A DNA stretch of 64,000 bases from a virus (lineage: Duplodnaviria; Caudoviricetes), in the IMG/VR virus record IMGVR_UViG_3300028048_000086, positions 53,974 to 117,973 of that record; one strand, given 5' to 3'. Positions within the stretch are counted from its first letter, which is position 1; each line of letters begins with the position of its first letter. Below the pieces are notes generated by a model, which was not told where the DNA came from, made no database searches, and was given only the letters and a program-made list of their open reading frames with translations. This document shows, in pieces, positions 28,080 to 37,719 of the stretch. The translations under genes were made by a program, and so were the position numbers.

Positions 28080-29291
28080 TCAGCTCCTTTTCGTTTTCTC
28101 GAGGATATGAGCATAGCGGCGATAAATTTCGCTGTTCGTATCCATTTTCATCTCTTTCTCTTCTTCTGTCTTCTTCCACTTGCCTTCGTGCTTCTCGATA
28201 ATTCCCGAAATAATGGGATCGAGATGTTCTGGATGAAGACTCTGAATCTGAAGGCAGAGAGAATATATAGAATCAGCGATACCGCCATTCCGGAATACAC
28301 GATTTAAATAAGCTCCCGTATGGCATTCTTCCGGCTGGACGATAACGCGAAGAATCGCTTTGAAAATGGCGACTTTATAGTTTTTTCGAACGATATACGT
28401 CACGAAACTCTCGTCAGCGCCGAGTCGCCGCATATAGTCCATCAAAACTTCCCACGAAGGAGTGTCATCTTGATCGATTGCCTTGACATTCGGCTTCTCG
28501 AAGAACATCGGGCGCTCCTTCGTCGGCATAATCGAGATGTCGAAGTTATATCCGTCGATTCTCTTGCTGCCGGCGGCCGTCGTCGAGGAAAAATCAGTGA
28601 CACGAATCTGAGAATAAACGTTTTTATTGATATCTTGAATCGCTCGTTTCAAGACTCTTTCCTGATAATTTCCTTTCGTCATGTGAGTCGCCGGAGGAAC
28701 GATCTTCACGATATCGTCATAAGATACATGAATCAGATATTTAGAACCGTACTCGTTATTCTGCTGACGCATTTCGTAGATCGTAGCTACGATCCAGTTC
28801 GTTAGGGAGTAAGAATACTGAGATTTCGAATTCAGATAAAATTCAGCCGGTATTTGAAGATCAGGGGAGGACGCGACGAAATTTCGATAATATTCTTCGT
28901 ATCGAGGATTTACTTCGATATGGATTACGCCGTCATCATTGATACGGATATAGCTATACATCGCGAATGCGCCGACAGTCGTTAGTTCTCCTTCTCGATA
29001 GCCGACGATTTTCTGAGCGAAATAGTTATCTGAAAGAGTTTTGACGGCTTCCGCGCACTGCTTGACAACATCCCGTGGGCGCTTGCCGCGAAGATGTGCG
29101 ATGGTCGCTGTATCGATATCGAGAGATAGATTATGCTCGTCTCGCTTGACAGCTTCTTGAATACTCTGCTGAATGCAGACGATGATATACATCTCACCTT
29201 TATTCAGAGATCTATTGGGAATTGACTTTGCGAGGGGAGTATCGTACCACAAAGAAAGCTGTTCCGTTCTTGCCGCTACCTCTTTTGCCAT
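28080..29291 (-). CDS. Rep_3/RepB-family plasmid-type replication initiator (ATG at 29291)
   Basis: IHIEVNP, SKSQYSYSL, VSYDDI and ERVLKRAIQDIN winged-helix Rep_3 pattern; AGGAGG RBS; adjacent iterons. Confidence 0.75.
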   Translation of the reverse strand: MAKEVAARTEQLSLWYDTPLAKSIPNRSLNKGEMYIIVCIQQSIQEAVKRDEHNLSLDIDTATIAHLRGKRPRDVVKQCAEAVKTLSDNYFAQKIVGYREGELTTVGAFAMYSYIRINDDGVIHIEVNPRYEEYYRNFVASSPDLQIPAEFYLNSKSQYSYSLTNWIVATIYEMRQQNNEYGSKYLIHVSYDDIVKIVPPATHMTKGNYQERVLKRAIQDINKNVYSQIRVTDFSSTTAAGSKRIDGYNFDISIMPTKERPMFFEKPNVKAIDQDDTPSWEVLMDYMRRLGADESFVTYIVRKNYKVAIFKAILRVIVQPEECHTGAYLNRVFRNGGIADSIYSLCLQIQSLHPEHLDPIISGIIEKHEGKWKKTEEEKEMKMDTNSEIYRRYAHILEKTKRS

Positions 29292-29355
29292 CTTTCTCAG
29301 ACCTCCTTCTATCTCGGATACTAGCGTATCATTCGATGAAGGATTCGTCAACGCG

Positions 29356-29706
29356 CGAAAAATGTATAAATAGAAAAATACGCCGAAGCATCTACTTACG
29401 TATCTAGTATAGAATCGTATCTTACTAATTTATCAGGAGTGAGCTATTAGAATAGAGTCGGCCGAGCGCTCCGCGAAGCCGCGCCAGCTCTAGCTCCGTC
29501 TTTTACATTTTTCGCCTTGATTTACATTTTTCGCGGCGTATTCTACATTTTTCGTCGGTATTTATACATTTCTCGCGTCTCGATAGAGTTATTTTTACGT
29601 TTTTCGCGTTACCTGTGGATAAGTAAGTGGATAACGTGGATGAAACGGCGAAAATACTGTGGATAACTGCGTTCTTTCTTCTAGAACACGAAAAATGTAT
29701 AAATAG
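29356..29706. repeat. iteron/DnaA-box replication origin
   Basis: TACATTTTTCG at 29504, 29523 and 29544; variants at 29565 and 29596; inverted copies at 29356 and 29689; perfect TGTGGATAA at 29614 and 29658; near matches at 29626 and 29635. Confidence 0.85.
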
Positions 29707-29720
29707 GTCAAAAATATTTT

Positions 29721-30674
29721 TTAGAACGGGTTCGAGTAGAGGTCTTCGTTCGATTGTTGCCCTCTCGAACTAGCCATTCCTAGTACGCTAGCTCCGATTG
29801 TACCGGCGGCAACTAACTGCGGCCCATGATATCCGTTGAAATAATCCTGCATTCCTGGGCCTTTCTTTGCTTGTTTTTGAAGAGTATCTTGAATCGCATC
29901 CATCGTATTCTGGTTTTCACCGACCTCGACGCCATGATCTTTTAGAACTTTATCGTATTCTTCCTGATTCTTGGCTCCGCGAAGGTCACCGAGAATCTCA
30001 TCACCTTTCGCGGTAAGACGTTTGCCCATAGCTTTCTCGGCACGTTTCTCGCCGATTTCCCCGATATTAAAGCTACCACCCGATTGTTTTTGCCAGTCTT
30101 CGATTGCCTGATCTGTCTGCTGTTGAAATTCATTCGGTTTATCTCTCCAGCGGCTGAAGAATCCGCCATTTTTCTTTTCTTCTTTCGGCGTTTCTCCCGT
30201 AGGTTTTTCTTCTCTCGGAACCGTATTTTCAGAAGCAGCTTTTTTCTCTCCGCCCATAGGGGCATAATCTATATCTTCATAACCAGATGACTTCGCTCCA
30301 GTAAGTGGATCTCTTTCGTCTCCCGTTACGCCTTTGGCCGGAGTAGCCGTCGGAGTTTCTCTCGGTGGTTTTTCTCCTCGCGTTCTAGCTTCAGTAACTT
30401 GATCCGTCATGTCTCCGTTTCGAGATATCGCCGGAGTAGGTTCTTGAGGAACAGTAGTTTTTGAACCTTCTGTTTTAGGCGGACGAGGAGGTTCGATACT
30501 AGGTGCTGAAGAAGTTTTTTCTTCTTCTATCTCTTCGATAAGTCGAATGAGTTTTTCTTTGTCTTCTTCGAGTTCTTTGAATTCTCCTAGCGTACTTCCT
30601 TTCGGAATTACTTTTTTAGTACCGATTCCGACAGCTTTTTTAGCACCTTTTAACAGCTCGCCAATTGCGGCCAT
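29721..30674 (-). CDS. hypothetical protein
   Basis: 317 aa, P/E/K-rich with a hydrophobic C-terminal segment; GAGGTG RBS. Confidence 0.65.
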   Translation of the reverse strand: MAAIGELLKGAKKAVGIGTKKVIPKGSTLGEFKELEEDKEKLIRLIEEIEEEKTSSAPSIEPPRPPKTEGSKTTVPQEPTPAISRNGDMTDQVTEARTRGEKPPRETPTATPAKGVTGDERDPLTGAKSSGYEDIDYAPMGGEKKAASENTVPREEKPTGETPKEEKKNGGFFSRWRDKPNEFQQQTDQAIEDWQKQSGGSFNIGEIGEKRAEKAMGKRLTAKGDEILGDLRGAKNQEEYDKVLKDHGVEVGENQNTMDAIQDTLQKQAKKGPGMQDYFNGYHGPQLVAAGTIGASVLGMASSRGQQSNEDLYSNPF

Positions 30675-30684
30675 TCAATTCACC

Positions 30685-31110
30685 TCACTTCATCATGTAT
30701 TTAGCTTCATTCCCTAGCAAAGCTTGCTGCGTATTATACTGAGATCTCTTCGCGATCTCCATTCCCCGTTGACGCATCGTGTATGTCTGTTGCGTATCGT
30801 TGAAATGAGCATTCGAGAAAGCCATATTCGATTGCTCCATCGCGACCTGGCGACGTTTTTGATGCAGGGCCTCGCCGCCACTGATAAGTAGCTGGGGAAC
30901 TTCTTTCACGGCTTCGACCGCCATATAAGCGGGAAAGGAAAGAAGCATCGGGAGAGCTGCCTCAACCGCCGCTCCGGCCACTGCGCCCGCTTTCGATGAT
31001 CCTTCCTGTCTCGCCTGTTGATAAGCATCGACGCCAGAATAAGCACCGAGACCGACATTAAAAGCCGTTCCTTTATGTTTCCAGAGAGCTGACGCTATCG
31101 CTTTGATCAT
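30685..31110 (-). CDS. hypothetical Ala/Gly-rich protein
   Basis: 141 aa ORF in a co-oriented cluster. Confidence 0.65.
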   Translation of the reverse strand: MIKAIASALWKHKGTAFNVGLGAYSGVDAYQQARQEGSSKAGAVAGAAVEAALPMLLSFPAYMAVEAVKEVPQLLISGGEALHQKRRQVAMEQSNMAFSNAHFNDTQQTYTMRQRGMEIAKRSQYNTQQALLGNEAKYMMK

Positions 31111-31132
31111 TCGTATTCATCTCTTTTCTGTT

Positions 31133-31738
31133 TTATCCATGACGATTCGCGTGGAGAGCGAAAACCAGGTCTCCCGTCGCGCCGCCATTATTCAAAGTAC
31201 CGTAGGTTTCCTTCTGCATTGAAGGCGTCGCGGTCACTACGCCGCCGGACATCGTACCCATCTGACGTTTATCCATAGCGTCTACGCCTTCCATGGTAGA
31301 TACGATAGCGCCGGGAACGATTAATCCGGCAAGCATCTTCTTCGAAGCCGAAAAATGAGCGTCGGTATGATGAACTTTACCCGTGTCTTTATCGTACTTG
31401 CTTGTCGCGTATTTCCATTCGCCCGTGCCTTTGATGCCGTTTTTTACGTTCGCGGCCATTCGCCCGACGAGGTTATGAGATGCTCTAGGATCCGACATTC
31501 CGGCTCTGGCATCCTTCACTAAGAACTTACCGGCTTTATAAGCTAATTCGGCTCCTTTTACTCCCAGAGCTGCGCCTGTCTTGGTAGCTTCCACGGCCAT
31601 TTTCCCGGTTTTTATTTCGGCTCGACCCATCGCGCCTAATCCAGCCATCGTAGCTTTCCCTACTCCGTGAGCTACCGTAGCTGCTCCGGCTTTCGCCATA
31701 TTGCCGGCAATATTCTTGATAATAGAGAGTCTAGACAT
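31133..31738 (-). CDS. hypothetical Ala/Gly/Lys-rich protein
   Basis: 201 aa ORF with RBS. Confidence 0.65.
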   Translation of the reverse strand: MSRLSIIKNIAGNMAKAGAATVAHGVGKATMAGLGAMGRAEIKTGKMAVEATKTGAALGVKGAELAYKAGKFLVKDARAGMSDPRASHNLVGRMAANVKNGIKGTGEWKYATSKYDKDTGKVHHTDAHFSASKKMLAGLIVPGAIVSTMEGVDAMDKRQMGTMSGGVVTATPSMQKETYGTLNNGGATGDLVFALHANRHG

Positions 31739-31754
31739 CTAATTCCTTCTCTCG

Positions 31755-32159
31755 TTAGATAAACGGAATACCGATTAAATCGAAATTACCGTCGCTATCG
31801 CGGTAGAGACCTCCGCCCGACGCGACACGGCCAGCCGCTGAAACACCCATATAGCCACCGGCGATGGTACCTCCGATCGCCGTCTTGTTCCATGACCCAT
31901 CATCATTCTTATACATGGCTTTTAGACGATCTGTATTCGAGATCTTAGCTTGATTACCATTTTTATCCAACAGTTTTTTCTCTGGTCCCGTTCCTTCGAC
32001 TTTATACCCGAGCTTGTCGGCGATCTTCGTATTCCCGAGAATACGCTCGTCCATCTGGCTCTTCCATGTATCTTTTACTGCCGTTCTAAGGTTGTTAATT
32101 GGCTGATTTGAATGAAGTACCGTAGAACCTACGTTCTTCATTAGTCCGAACATGCCCAT
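31755..32159 (-). CDS. hypothetical Gly-rich protein
   Basis: 134 aa, AAGGAGG RBS. Confidence 0.65.
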   Translation of the reverse strand: MGMFGLMKNVGSTVLHSNQPINNLRTAVKDTWKSQMDERILGNTKIADKLGYKVEGTGPEKKLLDKNGNQAKISNTDRLKAMYKNDDGSWNKTAIGGTIAGGYMGVSAAGRVASGGGLYRDSDGNFDLIGIPFI

Positions 32160-32258
32160 CCTTCTTAGTCCTCCTTATATATTTTTATTGAATATAGAGC
32201 TTATATTAACGAACTTATAATAAGATCTACCCGGCGAATTTTTCTATCCGAAAAAGCG

Positions 32259-33008
32259 TTATTCTTCGGGAGTCACCGAGATGGTATCGAGAGCGTCGTA
32301 TAGAGCCTTGGATACCGAGGAACCTTCCTCGTCCTCGTCCTTGCTCTTCGACTTATCTTTACGGGTCATCATCAGTAACTGATATGTCTGGTCTCTCTTC
32401 TTGGAAATCTTCTCGTAAGCTTCCCACGCCTTCGAGACGGCCGGCTGGCGAATCTCATTACCTTCACTATCTACGCCGATTGCCATGTCGATAACGGGAG
32501 TACCGTCTTTCGCCATTAACGCCTTACAGCGCTCCAGCATGACATCCAGCATAATCAGTTCACTTAATAGATTCTTATCGGTGAACGACGCCGTATCGAA
32601 ATCAATATCTTTGGCGTAGCCATTGGCTCTCAAGTCAATCTGAGCGATTTCTACGGCGCAGTATTCTCCGATCGGAGCCATATCGTAGGGGAGGAGAGGG
32701 CATTGATCAGAATAAGGGCACCCTTCTCCTTTACATACGAGCGGCACGCGAGCATGCATGCCATTCTTGGTAGATAAAGCCGCCATCGCCAGCTTCACCG
32801 ATTGCTGTGCCCGCGACGTAATTCCCCAGGGATTATTTCTCTCTTTCACCTCGGCAACGAGAGTCTTCGTCTTACTCTTGATATCTTCCTCGGTATCTCC
32901 CAAGAGATATTCTTCTTCTTCATCTTCTTTTTCTACTTCAAGATTCTCCCATGGGCCTTTCTTTTTCTTTTCTTCAGTCTTCTTGGTAGAAGTCTTCCTT
33001 TTGGCCAC
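32259..33008 (-). CDS. Cys-motif protein, possible terminase small subunit
   Basis: CKGEGCPYSDQC..YC followed by helices (PAVSKAWE..KKRDQ..LMMTRKDK) reminiscent of TerS; upstream of the packaging genes. Confidence 0.4.
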   Translation of the reverse strand: MAKRKTSTKKTEEKKKKGPWENLEVEKEDEEEEYLLGDTEEDIKSKTKTLVAEVKERNNPWGITSRAQQSVKLAMAALSTKNGMHARVPLVCKGEGCPYSDQCPLLPYDMAPIGEYCAVEIAQIDLRANGYAKDIDFDTASFTDKNLLSELIMLDVMLERCKALMAKDGTPVIDMAIGVDSEGNEIRQPAVSKAWEAYEKISKKRDQTYQLLMMTRKDKSKSKDEDEEGSSVSKALYDALDTISVTPEE

Positions 33009-33291
33009 TGATCTTCACCTCCTCGAATTTGCTATCCATACCGTAGCTCTTCGCCGTGAAATAATACGCGATCGTATCTTCCTCTGATCCGAACTTACAT
33101 TGATAGACATGGATCCCCTTTAATAGATATCTTTCATTCTCAAGCGATTCCAGCGGGCTTAAATAACCAGCCTCGGTCGTCAGTATCCCTGATATCTCGC
33201 TCAACGGCTGATCCTCTCCTCGATCGATAATCAGGTCGAACGTAAATTCTCCATCGATCACTACCGCGTTATTCACCAATATCTTAGACAT
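32974..33291 (-). CDS. hypothetical protein
   Basis: 105 aa; first gene of the minus-strand block. Confidence 0.55.
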   Translation of the reverse strand: MSKILVNNAVVIDGEFTFDLIIDRGEDQPLSEISGILTTEAGYLSPLESLENERYLLKGIHVYQCKFGSEEDTIAYYFTAKSYGMDSKFEEVKISGQKEDFYQED

Positions 33292-33542
33292 TCTTCAAAT
33301 CATCCCTTTCTCTTATATACTTATTTCTCTCTTCTACCAATTACCATTACCCCTCTAAAAACTTATCCTTTCCACCCTCATCTACGAAATGTAAAAAGCC
33401 TATAGAGAAGCGAAAAATGTAAAAATTCTCCTCGAGTACTAGGTAAGTATGAGGAAATCTTTGAACGAGAATTCGAGCCCCCGGGTAAGGTTCTCGCCGA
33501 AATTACCTCGTGCCAATGGCATTCAGTGCCATTTTTTCAATG

Positions 33543-33575
33543 AAAAAGAGACCGTCTCGCACACGGTCTCTTTTT
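33543..33575. terminator. bidirectional terminator-like hairpin at the strand switch
   Basis: AAAAAGAGACCGT..ACGGTCTCTTTTT. Confidence 0.65.
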
Positions 33576-33604
33576 ATGTCAACCATCGTAGGAGGATGAT
33601 TGCT

Positions 33605-33793
33605 ATGTTTAACTATGTCAACAACTACACTGCCGCTGATTTCGATGACCTCCGCCTTATGAAACTCAAGGAGCTCATCGAAAGTTCCGAAGCAAAAGGC
33701 TGGAACGTCTTCGTCAAGAAGACGTCGACGCAGCTTCAGTGGTGGCGCCGCAAGGGCCACCTCGTTCAGATGCTCTGGAAGGAAAATCGCTGA
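33605..33793 (+). CDS. small hypothetical protein
   Basis: AGGAGG RBS at 33590; 3' part of track ORF 33449..33793. Confidence 0.55.
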   Translation: MFNYVNNYTAADFDDLRLMKLKELIESSEAKGWNVFVKKTSTQLQWWRRKGHLVQMLWKENR

Positions 33794-33961
33794 CGGTAGA
33801 GCACGAGGGCATATACTTGGTGTTTACTAGGTATATGCCCTCTGCTGTGTCGTCAGACACATGGTTGAAACACCTAAAGAATGCTCGAATCGTCACGGAG
33901 TGTCTCTCCCGCTCTTGGCTACTCTCCACCCTCTATCTTGAATAGAAGGGAGGTACGAACC

Positions 33962-34139
33962 ATGATGAAGAAGTACAAAGTCTCCGGGATCATTCTTGAC
34001 AAAAAATGACTTCGGAAGAAGGTTCGAGCGTGTCGTCTTTGCCAGTAACCGCGAGGAAGCTGGCAAGGCCGCGATGAGAACGTTGCGTCTCTATCGTGGA
34101 GACATTGTCCGTGACGTTCAAATCACCGAGATCCAGTAA
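33962..34139 (+). pseudogene. small gene with one extra A in an A6 run
   Basis: GGGAGG RBS; MMKKYKVSGIILDK then a premature TGA; removing one A at 34001-34006 gives a continuous 58 aa ORF. Confidence 0.5.
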
Positions 34140-34314
34140 CGTGGATCGCTTGAGGTGATTTCAACGTCATGTGCAGATACCGGATGACCCAACGCTCGGT
34201 ATCTGCTTTATATAATAAATCGGCTTGGCTACGAGGTCAAGTCTTTTTATATTTTTGTTTATTTATTTGATGCCGCCTATCTCGGCGGGGTAGAAATAGA
34301 ATAGGAGGATTATC

Positions 34315-34605
34315 ATGTTCACACTTATCTCTGCTATCGTTGCTGTTGTTCTCTATGTCGTTATCAACCATGATAACGATAATGTAGCTACTGCTGAGAT
34401 GACAGTCGCTAATAAGCCGGAGAAAGATCTCTCTGGAGAAGTCGCTCTTAAACTGATGCGCAAGGATGCTCATCGCATCTGGAATGCGTACCAGAAAGGC
34501 ATTCTTGACGAATCTAGCAACGAGTTCGCTGCTATGATTCGTTTCCATCAGGCATGCCGCACGTGCCGCACGGCTCGCGTTATCGCGTACTGCGTGGCAC
34601 ACTAA
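34315..34605 (+). CDS. small protein with N-terminal membrane anchor
   Basis: AGGAGG RBS; hydrophobic N-terminus. Confidence 0.65.
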   Translation: MFTLISAIVAVVLYVVINHDNDNVATAEMTVANKPEKDLSGEVALKLMRKDAHRIWNAYQKGILDESSNEFAAMIRFHQACRTCRTARVIAYCVAH

Positions 34606-34659
34606 TCGTCATTTCGTAAAGCTGTCCTAGCCGGCTATACGGGGATATAGGGGGATATC

Positions 34660-35190
34660 ATGAAAAACTATCTTGTTTTTATTCTGTTATGGATTTTTTC
34701 TAAAATCGACAAACTTCTTGCTTCTAAAGAAGAAAAGAAACTTTTTCGCAAATGCACTCTTCGCGTCAATGCTTATATTGACGAAGAGTGCAAAAAACTC
34801 CATATCAAAAAGCCTCTCGTCGTAATCGGACTCATTAGCAATCCGACGACGAGAGGCGAATGCATTCGCGAAGGCCATGTTATCCGTATCGATCCGTTGA
34901 AAGGAGATGAGTATCTTACTACTTTAAGACACGAGCTTCGTCATGTGTGGCAATGGACATACCGTGAAGATATTATCCGTTGGACGCATGAAAATATCGA
35001 GAGGAATGACGATGACAGCTATCGTTACAATCCTGTCGAGATTGACGCTCGTCATTATGCCGAGTTTCATGATGATAATGGCATAATGGATATTCCCGTC
35101 GCTGTCCTGGAGAAAATGAACGAGAATGGCAAGCTTACTCAAAAGCTGAAAGCTTTGCTTACCGTTTCTCTTGATAATAGCGACGTCTAA
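34660..35190 (+). CDS. zincin-like metallopeptidase-domain protein
   Basis: HELRHVWQ (HEXXH) and downstream YNPVEIDAR. Confidence 0.65.
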   Translation: MKNYLVFILLWIFSKIDKLLASKEEKKLFRKCTLRVNAYIDEECKKLHIKKPLVVIGLISNPTTRGECIREGHVIRIDPLKGDEYLTTLRHELRHVWQWTYREDIIRWTHENIERNDDDSYRYNPVEIDARHYAEFHDDNGIMDIPVAVLEKMNENGKLTQKLKALLTVSLDNSDV

Positions 35191-35350
35191 AGCGATTGTT
35201 TTCTATCCATTTTTGACGATTTTTCAGTATTTCGTCCATCGTGTCGCCAACGAAATCGACCTCGGCATTTTTTTCGAGTTGGAATTCAATATATTCGTTG
35301 ATCATGTGATAGAAATCTATAATCCATTCTTTTAAAGTCATTTTGTTCAC
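35159..35350 (-). CDS. small antisense-oriented protein with its own sigma-A-type promoter
   Basis: 63 aa; TTGACG-N17-TAAAAT at 35388-35360. Confidence 0.5.
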   Translation of the reverse strand: MNKMTLKEWIIDFYHMINEYIEFQLEKNAEVDFVGDTMDEILKNRQKWIENNRFRRRYYQEKR

Positions 35351-35478
35351 CTCGCCTCTATTTTACTTCTTTTGAATAGGGGCGTCAATTGTCTTCGCTC
35401 TCCTTGGGGGAGGCCAGACGTTAAAGAGGCCGTTGAAGTGTTTTTGTATAGACATGAATTCTAAAGGAGGAATATATC

Positions 35479-37638
35479 ATGTCGAACATCAATGAAATCG
35501 CCGATGTCCAGGAATCGGCCTACCGCGTTGTTGCGTGGGAGGCGAAGAAGTTCAACAATCCGTCCATCGAGGCGGATTATGAGAAGCTTGCAAAGATGCG
35601 CGGCAAGCTCGCTCCAACCACGACGCTCGTCACGAGTGATCAGGTAGAGGAGCTTATTACTCCGTACCTGCTCGCTAACCGTGTCTCCGTGGATACGGAT
35701 GACGAAGGGCGTGAAATCGTCTCCGATGATGCATCGGATGACGATGCCAAGGCTACGGGCCAGCTCGTAGCCACGAAGCTGTACCTGGATAAAGATGCCC
35801 ATGTCCAGCGTACGCTGGCTCCTATCCCGTATAACCGTGTATCCCGCTATCTTCCGAAAGAAGAAGCGACGGTTCATACGGGAACAGGCGAGTTCGTTAC
35901 GCGTGTAAGCAATTACACGCAGTTCTACCTGGTCTTCCAGCTTACGGGAGCTGATGATCAGTATGTGCTCGACCGCGAGATCTACCGTAAGGTAGGCACG
36001 GACGAATTCTATTGGGAGAACGAGTTCGATCAGCTCGTTAATATCGTCACGGGGGAGCTCGCGACGATTGACGAGCTGGGAGAATGCCTCGTGTATAACT
36101 CCCGTAAGATGCCTGGTCAGGAAAATCTGACGGCAGGCGAGAAGAAGAGCTACACGATTCAGTTCGTGTGCTCGAACTTCGGAAACATCAATGTCCGTGC
36201 GTTGAAATACGTGCTGACGTACGGTGCATCCGAGCTTCTGGCCGCGACGCCGAAGACGAGCCAGAAGGATCTGGCTCAGAAGAGCAACCGTTTGGCGCAG
36301 TACATGGCTCCGAATACTTCGGGGACATTCTTGCATAACGTTTGCTTTTTCATGGGCAAGATCAAGGACGATGACGGCAACGAGTACCGTGACGGCTTCG
36401 CTTTCGTCTTGGACGAAGCGGTGCGCCATTGCTTCGTTGTCTTGAGCAAGGGCATGTTCGCGATCTCTAAGAAAGCTTGCCAGGGCCTGGCCATCCAGAT
36501 GCGTCCGTGGCTCTGCAAGCTGGAGAGCGAGTCGGTATCCGAGGGATACATGGCTCGCTTCCTGGAACTGCGTCATGCTCTCGAAAATGCCGTGTTCGTG
36601 TACAGGGACGCGGTGACGGAAGAACAGCAGGAAGCGTTCAACGAGGCTCTTGAAAGCAAGGGCAAGAAGGGCGCTTTCGCCGGCAAGTTCGTTTTCATCG
36701 CTGATCATGAAGGTGATTGGGATGAGAACGAAGTTCCAGAGTTCTTCACGGATATCAATGGCCTGAAGGCAGAGTTCGATCTGAAGATGGGATCTACCTT
36801 CAATATCTTGTCGATGAGTCATCATAAGTCGCACAAGAACGGTGCTCACTTGAGCACGCAGCTTGTGCAGTCGATGATGATCTTCGATTACGAAGCCACG
36901 AAGAAAGTCGTCGCTCGTCATATGGAGGCGTACGTCGCCGACAAGTTTGGCGAGCTGATGAACGGCACGGGCAAGACGCCGACCGTTCAGGATGTCGAGG
37001 GTTCGCTGAAGGGACAGCTTCTCGCGAAGCTCTGCCCGGCGGTAACGACAAAGTACTATTTCCCGCTTCTCCGTTCAATTTCGAACAAGACGATGGAGGG
37101 AATGGTGCGTGTCGCCAATAACCTGAGCATCCCGACTGAGGGGGCGTACCAGAAGCTCATGGTGGATCCCGCCATGGACTTCGGCGTACGCATCTTGAAC
37201 GTCACGAAAGACGCGACGAGCAATGGCATCCTCGAGGTGCTGGCTCCGACCGTCGAAGTGACGTGCCGCGGCATTATCGTTAAGTATCCGAAGCAGCACT
37301 TCGGAGAATACGGTAAATGCCATGTCGTCTCCGTCGCTGATTATATCGCTCGTGTCAAAGCGTGCGATGAACTCAGCGAAAATGACAAAGCACTCCTCAT
37401 CGAGAAGGTTCGTCGCCTCTCGAAGGGAGTGCTTTGCGTGCCGGCAGTCGCCGAAGTCAAAAACATGCTTGCGGGCATGGATTTTGACGGTGACGCGGTC
37501 ATCCTGTTCCTTGATAGCGGTGTCGTTGCCGTGATGTGGAAAGGCGTTCCCATCGCTGTCTGCATCGACGAGAACGACGCTGGCATGCTCTCGGAAGAAG
37601 AGTATGCTGCTTATAAGGAGCAGATCTCGAAGAAGTAA
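35479..37638 (+). CDS. YonO/eukaryotic-RdRP-like two-barrel RNA polymerase, catalytic part
   Basis: Ordered motifs DGFAF, IQMRP..K, LSTQL, IP..LMVDP, KYPKQHFGE, LAGMDFDGD. Confidence 0.85.
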   Translation: MSNINEIADVQESAYRVVAWEAKKFNNPSIEADYEKLAKMRGKLAPTTTLVTSDQVEELITPYLLANRVSVDTDDEGREIVSDDASDDDAKATGQLVATKLYLDKDAHVQRTLAPIPYNRVSRYLPKEEATVHTGTGEFVTRVSNYTQFYLVFQLTGADDQYVLDREIYRKVGTDEFYWENEFDQLVNIVTGELATIDELGECLVYNSRKMPGQENLTAGEKKSYTIQFVCSNFGNINVRALKYVLTYGASELLAATPKTSQKDLAQKSNRLAQYMAPNTSGTFLHNVCFFMGKIKDDDGNEYRDGFAFVLDEAVRHCFVVLSKGMFAISKKACQGLAIQMRPWLCKLESESVSEGYMARFLELRHALENAVFVYRDAVTEEQQEAFNEALESKGKKGAFAGKFVFIADHEGDWDENEVPEFFTDINGLKAEFDLKMGSTFNILSMSHHKSHKNGAHLSTQLVQSMMIFDYEATKKVVARHMEAYVADKFGELMNGTGKTPTVQDVEGSLKGQLLAKLCPAVTTKYYFPLLRSISNKTMEGMVRVANNLSIPTEGAYQKLMVDPAMDFGVRILNVTKDATSNGILEVLAPTVEVTCRGIIVKYPKQHFGEYGKCHVVSVADYIARVKACDELSENDKALLIEKVRRLSKGVLCVPAVAEVKNMLAGMDFDGDAVILFLDSGVVAVMWKGVPIAVCIDENDAGMLSEEEYAAYKEQISKK

Positions 37639-37719
37639 TTCTATCGAGATACTGATATGTTAACACTGTTAAGGGGGGGCGTCAAGCCCCCCTATCCATG
37701 TTATAAGGAGGAATTTATC

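Noticed and set aside
29356-29706. Iterons as a mini-CRISPR
   Set aside because: 11-nt units with 8-20 nt gaps, next to DnaA boxes and a Rep gene, fit an origin
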